Source: a virus | Lineage: Duplodnaviria; Caudoviricetes | DNA length: 41,223 bases | IMG/VR virus record: IMGVR_UViG_3300023283_000110 | Location: 1 to 41,223 of that record | Strand: one strand, 5' to 3' | Shown: piece by piece, positions 36,063 to 41,223 of the stretch | Numbering within the stretch: position 1 is the stretch's first letter | How the letters are laid out: each line of letters begins with the position of its first letter | The notes under the pieces: generated by a model | Told to the model about the DNA's origin: nothing | Seen by the model: the letters and a program-made list of their open reading frames with translations, nothing else | Database searches by the model: none | Position numbers and translations under genes: made by a program

Positions 36063-36367
36063 CAGGTTGTCCGCGCTGCGACCTTCTCGCCCTGCTTGAT
36101 CCCGACGTACTCTACAGACCCGGCAGGCAAGATCGGACTGTTGGTATCAGCCGTGGGCGAAGAGCCGATATCGATATGGGCATCCGTCGTCGCCGCAATC
36201 CTCACAAACGTCGTGTTGTTGCCAACGCCGGACGTGTCAAACGTGTTCTGCGACGTGCCGCTCAGCGTCAACGTCTCCGTCGCCCCGTAGCGGTCCGCCG
36301 CCTGAATAACCTGATCGCTCTTGTCACGTGCAAGAACGATAATCTCTGTCACACTAAAATTCGCCAT
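36062..36367 (-). CDS. Small beta-rich phage protein, first gene of the late operon
   Basis: RBS GGGAG, ATG 36367; VRIAATTDAHIDIGSSPTA...LPAGSVEY. Confidence 0.65.
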   Translation of the reverse strand: MANFSVTEIIVLARDKSDQVIQAADRYGATETLTLSGTSQNTFDTSGVGNNTTFVRIAATTDAHIDIGSSPTADTNSPILPAGSVEYVGIKQGEKVAARTT

Positions 36368-36380
36368 AAAATCTCCCGGT

Positions 36381-36444
36381 AAAAGAGTGAGGGGCAAAGG
36401 GCCTTATGCTAGGTGACGGGTCATGATCCAGTGCCCCCCACAGT
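36381..36444 (-). ncRNA. Candidate hairpin small RNA/leader A
   Basis: CTGTGGGGGGCA-[~30 nt]-CCTTTGCCCCTCACTCTTTT directly after promoter TTGCTT(36477-72)-N17-TATGGT(36454-49). Confidence 0.5.
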
Positions 36445-36487
36445 TCGCACCATAGTCCAAAACTAACTCAAAAGCAAGCTCTAATCA

Positions 36488-36545
36488 GAAAGAGTGGGGG
36501 GCAAAGGCGCTTGTCGTAGCTAGTTAGCCCCGATGGCCCCCACAG
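36488..36545 (-). ncRNA. Candidate hairpin small RNA/leader B
   Basis: CTGTGGGGGCCA-[~26 nt]-CCTTTGCCCCCCACTCTTT directly after promoter TTGAAG(36579-74)-N18-TATCCT(36555-50). Confidence 0.5.
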
Positions 36546-36601
36546 CTTTAGGATAAATCCAAAGCTTACCTAACTTCAACCGTGCCAAGATCTCACCATC
36601 C

Positions 36602-36626
36602 TGTCAACTAAAAACCTCTGTTGACA
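36602..36626. promoter_or_regulatory. Back-to-back TTGACA -35 elements (inverted repeat)
   Basis: TGTCAAC-N11-GTTGACA at the divergence point; -10 boxes weak. Confidence 0.4.
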
Positions 36627-36649
36627 CCACCACCTTTTTCATGCCAAAA

Positions 36650-37025
36650 AGGAAAGTGAACCGCGTGGGCGGGTAATACGCTTGCGCGCGGTTGAGTACA
36701 GGGCTACAAGGGGCCGAGGCCGCAGCCCAACCGCAGTCCGAAAGGCAGAAGCGGGGCCTCAGGCAGACAAGCATTGATCTGTCTTCAAGTAGCTGCCAAC
36801 CGCATGCACCAATGCTACCAGTGACATGCGGGCCTGTTGCGACGGCATGGCTCCGACGATCATCTGATCCGAGCTCATACCAAGAGGTAACCAGGCATCA
36901 GGACCAGCCAAGGTTTCTTTTTTTTTGAGGAAACCGGGGCTGGTCGTCCTATGCCTGATGCTCAAACATTCACCAACGATCATCCGGGTGGCGGCAAGAA
37001 AGGAAAGAGCAGGCAAGCTCTCCTT
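36650..37025 (+). ncRNA. Candidate large structured RNA or structured leader of the methyltransferase (strand inferred)
   Basis: About nine consecutive stem-loops, including a GAAA-capped stem; no convincing ORF. Confidence 0.5.
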
Positions 37026-37034
37026 ATAAATTAA

Positions 37035-38231
37035 ATGCCTATACTCGACTGGCTGGGCCGTGAAGAGGATGTGAAGCAGGCGGAGGCTGTGCCCTACCGC
37101 CTTTTGGAAGCTGCTCCCGATCACGCATACGGGGACGGGGACGCCGGGAATATGCTGATACAGGGCGATAATCTGGAGGCCCTGAAAGCCCTGTTGCCCT
37201 ATTATACCGGGCAAGTAAAATGCATCTTTATTGATCCGCCCTATAACACGCGCCGTGCTTTTGAGCATTATGATGACAATCTGGAACATTCAAAATGGCT
37301 GTCCATGATGTATCCCCGTCTTGAATTATTGCGGGAACTGTTGGCCGAAGACGGCTCTATCTGGGTGACTATTGATGATAATGAGGCTCATTATCTCAAG
37401 GTTATAATGGATGAAATTTTTGGCCGGAAAAACTTTATAGCGAATTGTATATGGCAAAAAAAGTATACAAGGCAAAATGACGCTCGATTTTTTAGCGACA
37501 ATCATGCCCATGTTTTTTGTTTCTGTAAAAATATAAAAAGTTTTAAAATTAATAGACTCCCTAGAACAGAAAAGATGGATTCAAGGTACAAAAACCCAGA
37601 CGCTGATCCAAGAGGTCCGTGGACATCTCATGCACTACAAGTCAAAACACCAAATGAGTCATACATATATGAAATTACCAATCCAGCAGGTGAAACTTTC
37701 TATCCGCCTCGCGGAACAAGTTGGATGTGCTCCAAAGATAGATATGAAAAACTGGTAGCCGATAATCGTATTTGGTTTGGTAAAAATGGTAGTAATGTAC
37801 CACGCAGAAAAAAGTTTCTCTCGGAAATTAATCGTGGATTAGTGCCAGTTACTATATGGCACCCAAGTGAAGTAGGGCACAATCAAGGTGCAAAAACAGA
37901 ATTAAGAAAATTGTTAGATAAATCTTTTTTTGACACACCCAAACCAGAAAAACTTCTAAAGCACATCTTGTATATAACAACAAACAAAAACGATCTTGTT
38001 CTTGATTCATTTTTAGGCTCTGGCACAACAGCCGCTGTGGCCCATAAAATGGGACGACAGTATATCGGCATCGAAATGGGTGAACATATCGAGACCCATT
38101 GTATACCGCGTCTGAAAAAAGTCATTGACGGGGAACAAGGCGGCATATCCGAGGATACGGGCTGGGAAGGCGGCGGCGGATTTCTCTATTATAGATTGAG
38201 CAGCCGATTTTACCCGGATACGACCGCATGA
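37035..38231 (+). CDS. Orphan N6-adenine DNA methyltransferase (beta class, type III Mod-like)
   Basis: NMLIQGDNLEALK, IDPPYNT, TPKPEKLL, DSFLGSGTTAAVAHKMGR, GGGGF; no restriction subunit in window. Confidence 0.9.
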   Translation: MPILDWLGREEDVKQAEAVPYRLLEAAPDHAYGDGDAGNMLIQGDNLEALKALLPYYTGQVKCIFIDPPYNTRRAFEHYDDNLEHSKWLSMMYPRLELLRELLAEDGSIWVTIDDNEAHYLKVIMDEIFGRKNFIANCIWQKKYTRQNDARFFSDNHAHVFCFCKNIKSFKINRLPRTEKMDSRYKNPDADPRGPWTSHALQVKTPNESYIYEITNPAGETFYPPRGTSWMCSKDRYEKLVADNRIWFGKNGSNVPRRKKFLSEINRGLVPVTIWHPSEVGHNQGAKTELRKLLDKSFFDTPKPEKLLKHILYITTNKNDLVLDSFLGSGTTAAVAHKMGRQYIGIEMGEHIETHCIPRLKKVIDGEQGGISEDTGWEGGGGFLYYRLSSRFYPDTTA

Positions 38232-38506
38232 CCTGCAATGTGATTGCTTTTGCTGGATAAAGGCCGTTTGAATTGGCTGGAGGAATGTTGGGCAATAGCA
38301 AAAATGAGAGAACCCGAAGGGGTGTCCCCCCACCCTTGCCTTAGCGGGCAACAACCTAAAAGATCATTTACTTATAGCAACATATTGTTACTGATGCCCT
38401 ACCCATTGACTGATGCCAACCCATGGCATGGGGTAGGGTGGATGGATGAGTGGCGGTTGCTGCTTGCCGCAAGCTTTCCAACCCCGGCGGGCTAAGCACG
38501 TAACAT

Positions 38507-38610
38507 TAGCCTAACCTCCCCGCCCCGTAGCCTAACCTCCCCACCCCGTAGCCTAACCTCCCCACCCCGTAGCCTAACCTCCCCACCCCGTAGCCTAACC
38601 TCCCCACCCG
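38507..38610. repeat. Five tandem 21-bp repeats
   Basis: TAGCCTAACCTCCCC(A/G)CCCCG starting at 38507, 38528, 38549, 38570, 38591 (last copy 20 bp). Confidence 0.97.
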
Positions 38611-38946
38611 CTGCCTGCAGCAACCCTCTTGCCTGCCTGCCTTGCTAACCTTGCTAGCCTGCTAACTGCCCGCTGAAACCCGCTCTATTGCCCCACTTGC
38701 CTCTGCAAGGCCATAGGATTGCCACACAGCTTAAGAAGCCTCAGAAGGATCATACACCCATCCAGACACCACTAAGCCGCCATACGGCAATCCTCAGGCT
38801 TTAAGTGTGAAGCAGGGGTAAGAACAAAATGAGAACAGGCTGGTGACAGGCTGACCGCAGGATGAGCCGGGCTTCTGGACCGAAAAAGGGTTTTTTAGGC
38901 TGTTTGAAGTGGGCTTGAGTAGACGCCGAAAACCTTAATCCGGCGG

Positions 38947-39068
38947 CCTCAACAGCCCCCAGCAAGTCTCCAGCCAACACCCTCAAGACCCTCGGGACAC
39001 CCTGGACCCTCAAGACCCTCAACAACCTCCAGCCCAGTCTCCAGCCAACAACCAACAGCCAGCCACCA
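38947..39068. repeat. C/A-rich short direct repeats
   Basis: AGTCTCCAGCCAACA at 38965 and 39036 flanking several ACCCTC(AAG) units. Confidence 0.8.
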
Positions 39069-39139
39069 GTCTTCTGTGTCTTACGGCTGGGCTTAATACG
39101 TAACTTTTGTTACCTGCTATGGATCGCTGGTTGTAGTCT

Positions 39140-39175
39140 TGCATTTTGCAATGCAATTTGCACTGCATTTTGCAA
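39140..39175. repeat. Three tandem 12-bp TGCAWTTTGCAM units
   Basis: TGCATTTTGCAA TGCAATTTGCAC TGCATTTTGCAA. Confidence 0.85.
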
Positions 39176-39283
39176 GTGTTTGCCGGTGTGGTTTTAGGGG
39201 AGCTTTGCGATGATTTTTGCCAGCCGCGACCCGTTGTTTGCGGGGATTTTTGCAAAAAAATGAAAAAAATTGGTGGTTGGTGC

Positions 39284-39311
39284 TTGACACTACCGTTTAA
39301 CCTGTTACACT
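39284..39311 (+). promoter_or_regulatory. Strong early promoter
   Basis: TTGACA-N16-TACACT with TG extension; A-tracts upstream (39254-39269). Confidence 0.7.
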
Positions 39312-39367
39312 AGGCTTAGAACTTAACGGGCCAGCAGGCCAGCAACCACCCAAAAGGAGATTTAGAG

Positions 39368-39643
39368 ATGACTACCGAAAACAAGACCAGAACCTTTCCA
39401 GCAACCGTTCACATGCACCCCAGCGGCTACAGCCGCAAGCCGTGCAGCTTTGTCATCGAAGACGAAAGGCATCTTCAGCGCTGCATTATGGATGAGGAGC
39501 TTCGACGTCAAGACGATTTTGACGAATTTATGGAGCGCCACGGGATTCCCGAAGAAGAGCGTTTTAGCGTCAGCAATTTTGTGGACTATTTCGACGAATT
39601 CGCGCGATACGTCGAAATTGAATATGGCGTGGACAACGCCTAG
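39368..39643 (+). CDS. Acidic hypothetical protein, first early gene
   Basis: RBS AAAAGGAG; Asp/Glu-rich. Confidence 0.7.
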   Translation: MTTENKTRTFPATVHMHPSGYSRKPCSFVIEDERHLQRCIMDEELRRQDDFDEFMERHGIPEEERFSVSNFVDYFDEFARYVEIEYGVDNA

Positions 39644-39745
39644 CTTGTGCTTGACGCGTGGCTAGCTGGCCAAGGCTGGCTAGCCTCCGGCAAACATGAG
39701 ATTGCCTTAAACCAACCTTACCCAAAAGGAGATTTAGAGATGACT
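39631..39745 (+). repeat. ~115-bp intergenic element, copy 1 (two hairpins plus RBS)
   Basis: Near-identical to 40217-40332. Confidence 0.92.
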
Positions 39746-40240
39746 ATTGTTAGAATCGAACACGCAATTGAGGCATATGAACTTTATATCCTCGATGTAG
39801 ATTGCGACGCAAACACGCCGCCCGGACGGCAACAGCGTCTGGCCGTTGAAAAAGCGGTCAAAGACGGCTTGAGCCTGAAAGACGCGGATCTGTACGACTA
39901 TACGTTGTCAGCAACAAGTCTCGCAAACACTGATCTTCGACGCGCTAACCTTGCATACGCCAAGCTTAGAGACGCGGATCTGCGGAAAGCCAAACTTCAA
40001 CAAGCTGACCTTGAAGGCGCTGACTTGGGGGGCGCCAACCTTCAAGAAGCAAACCTTAAAAGCGCTGACCTGCGAGGCGCCAATCTTGCAAGCGCGGATC
40101 TGCGGAAAGCCAACCTGGAAGACGCTAACCTTGAAGGCGCTGAGCTGATAGGCGCGTTCCTCCGGGACGCTAACCTTGAGGGCGCTAACCTTAAAGGTAC
40201 GTGGAGAGAAGAGCAGGGACAACACGTAACTTGTGCTTGA
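39740..40240 (+). CDS. Pentapeptide-repeat protein
   Basis: RBS AAAAGGAG, ATG 39740; A[D/N]LxX repeats. Confidence 0.9.
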   Translation: MTIVRIEHAIEAYELYILDVDCDANTPPGRQQRLAVEKAVKDGLSLKDADLYDYTLSATSLANTDLRRANLAYAKLRDADLRKAKLQQADLEGADLGGANLQEANLKSADLRGANLASADLRKANLEDANLEGAELIGAFLRDANLEGANLKGTWREEQGQHVTCA

Positions 40241-40332
40241 CGCGTGGCTAGCTGGCTGCTGGCTGGCTAGCCTCCGGCAATCACAAGATTGCCTTAAACT
40301 AACCTGACCCAAAAGGAGAATTTGAGATGACT
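40217..40332 (+). repeat. ~115-bp intergenic element, copy 2
   Basis: Near-identical to 39631-39745. Confidence 0.92.
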
Positions 40333-41025
40333 GAATTTACCATACAAGAAGCCACAATCCGCAAACTTTACGCAGCGTCACTTTGCGCTGAGACTAAAAG
40401 AGCCGATCGTGCTTATATGCAAGGCGTCTTCGTCGAGTTTGAGTCGCCCGCAGGTGTGCGGTTTACGGGCACTGACGGAGATGTACTTGCAAGCCTTGAA
40501 GGCCGCCTTAAAGAAGAAACCGGGTCTTTTGAGTCGTTCACGATCCCGGCAAGCTTTATACAAAGCCTACTCAAACCTGCAAGCAAAAAGGACTCCCGGA
40601 CCGCGACTGTAACGCGCGACTTTGATAGCGGCGAGATAACGATCTCAGTCACATCAGCGGATAGCGGTGAAACATCCGGCAAAAGCGCTGAAATTGATAA
40701 AGTGTTTCCTGACTACAGAAAAGCCCGTCCTGATGAAGACACAATGAAACCGTGTGATTCAATCAAATTCGATCTCGCGAAAATGAAGTTATTTGACAAA
40801 ATCAGCAGGGTTTTAAATCCGGCTATCTCAAGCCACGATATAAGCTTTTTCTTCTCGGGGAATAATGAAGTGATTGTCTGCAGGATGCGCGGCTATGCAG
40901 AAGATGGTTATTTCTTGCTGATGCCAATGCAAACAACGCCCGACTCCGACAGAGACAAACTACCTCGCGGCTCTGTGAATCCTGCACCTGCTAAGGATGA
41001 AGAGAAAGAGCAGGACTCAGTCTAA
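40327..41025 (+). CDS. Truncated DNA polymerase III beta-clamp-like protein with C-terminal KLPRGSVNPAPA peptide
   Basis: DRAYMQGVFVE, GTDGDVL, FPDYRK and LLMPM parallel DnaN domain II-III motifs (R..L.GV, ATDG.RL, FPDY, .MP). Confidence 0.7.
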   Translation: MTEFTIQEATIRKLYAASLCAETKRADRAYMQGVFVEFESPAGVRFTGTDGDVLASLEGRLKEETGSFESFTIPASFIQSLLKPASKKDSRTATVTRDFDSGEITISVTSADSGETSGKSAEIDKVFPDYRKARPDEDTMKPCDSIKFDLAKMKLFDKISRVLNPAISSHDISFFFSGNNEVIVCRMRGYAEDGYFLLMPMQTTPDSDRDKLPRGSVNPAPAKDEEKEQDSV

Positions 41026-41040
41026 CCTCAACCACAAACT

Positions 41041-41082
41041 GCCCCCGCCGGGTGTCTCAGGATAAACGGCGGGGGCCTTTTT
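41041..41082 (+). terminator. Intrinsic terminator
   Basis: GCCCCCGCCG-N16-CGGCGGGGGC followed by CTTTTT. Confidence 0.7.
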
Positions 41083-41106
41083 AAACAAACGTGAAAGGAT
41101 TTGAAG

Positions 41107-41223
41107 ATGACGACATTCACAATTTATAACTGGCATACCCAGAAACCTATCTACACCGCCGAGCCTGATTGCGACCCGGCTTTATCAGAACGCACTAAAT
41201 TTGTACTCGTGGTTAGGCAAGCT
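41107..41223 (+). CDS. Pentapeptide-repeat protein, 5' part (continues at base 1)
   Basis: RBS GAAAGGA, ATG 41107; MTTFTIYNWHTQKPIYTAEPDCDPALSERTKFVLVVRQA, open to window end. Confidence 0.85.
   Translation, partial: MTTFTIYNWHTQKPIYTAEPDCDPALSERTKFVLVVRQA

Noticed and set aside
36381-36545. Mini-CRISPR or tRNA interpretation of the A/B units
   Set aside because: Only two units, each with its own promoter; conserved parts flank the variable part as a stem; no cloverleaf, T-loop or CCA
36918-36926. T9 tract as a phase-variation site for the Mod-like gene
   Set aside because: Outside the CDS and within a hairpin, so slippage would not shift the frame
36650-37025. tmRNA, RNase P or SRP RNA identity (GAGGAAA..GGGCT and CAG-TCC-GAAA-GG resemblances)
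   Set aside because: Only partial motif similarity; conserved cores of those RNAs are not found
36692-37289. ORFs 36692-36928 (+) and 36759-37289 (-)
   Set aside because: No RBS or recognisable protein features; the second is antisense to the methyltransferase
38507-38610. CRISPR array or telomere (contains TTAGG on the minus strand)
   Set aside because: Repeats are contiguous with no spacers; no cas or protelomerase gene
39100-39113. GTA-N8-TAC as a cyanobacterial NtcA box
   Set aside because: Single short match far from the promoter; nothing else indicates a cyanobacterial host
38244-39255. Short ORFs 38244-38495, 38801-39055 and 39019-39255
   Set aside because: No good RBS; composition reflects the underlying repeats
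39651-39690. TTGACG in the duplicated element as a promoter
   Set aside because: No plausible -10 hexamer at 16-18 bp in either copy

Overview
This looks like a near-complete, circularly permuted genome of a ~41.2 kb tailed dsDNA phage with podovirus architecture. The last 75 nt repeat 1201-1275 and the first 20 nt repeat 1297-1316, so the ends appear to join in frame inside one pentapeptide-repeat gene, with probably 21 nt missing. Modules: (i) a rightward early/accessory region (39368 through the junction to 7321) with four pentapeptide-repeat genes, a beta-clamp-like gene, a displaced terminase-small-subunit-like gene, two DUF6745-like paralogs and a Cys-rich octapeptide-repeat protein; (ii) divergent replication/recombination genes (7448-12440) around an overlapping promoter pair; (iii) a long leftward late operon (36367 to 12522) with three glycosyltransferase-like genes, TerL, portal, scaffold, N4-gp56-type capsid, adaptor, nozzle, three ejection proteins, tail fibre, lysis genes, two LamG-like genes and an HNH; (iv) an orphan adenine methyltransferase between a ~650 bp structured non-coding region and a ~1.1 kb repeat-rich non-coding region. 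I see no integrase, CI-type repressor, DNA/RNA polymerase, tRNA, CRISPR or reverse transcriptase. The most interesting signals are: two tandem promoter+hairpin small-RNA cassettes with conserved stems and variable loops heading the late operon (one loop is partly complementary to a duplicated early-region element), a divergent ~370 nt densely structured RNA candidate, and a 12-aa peptide (KLPRGSVNPAPA) shared by two unrelated proteins with only synonymous changes. All family calls are from motif recognition by eye, not database searches.
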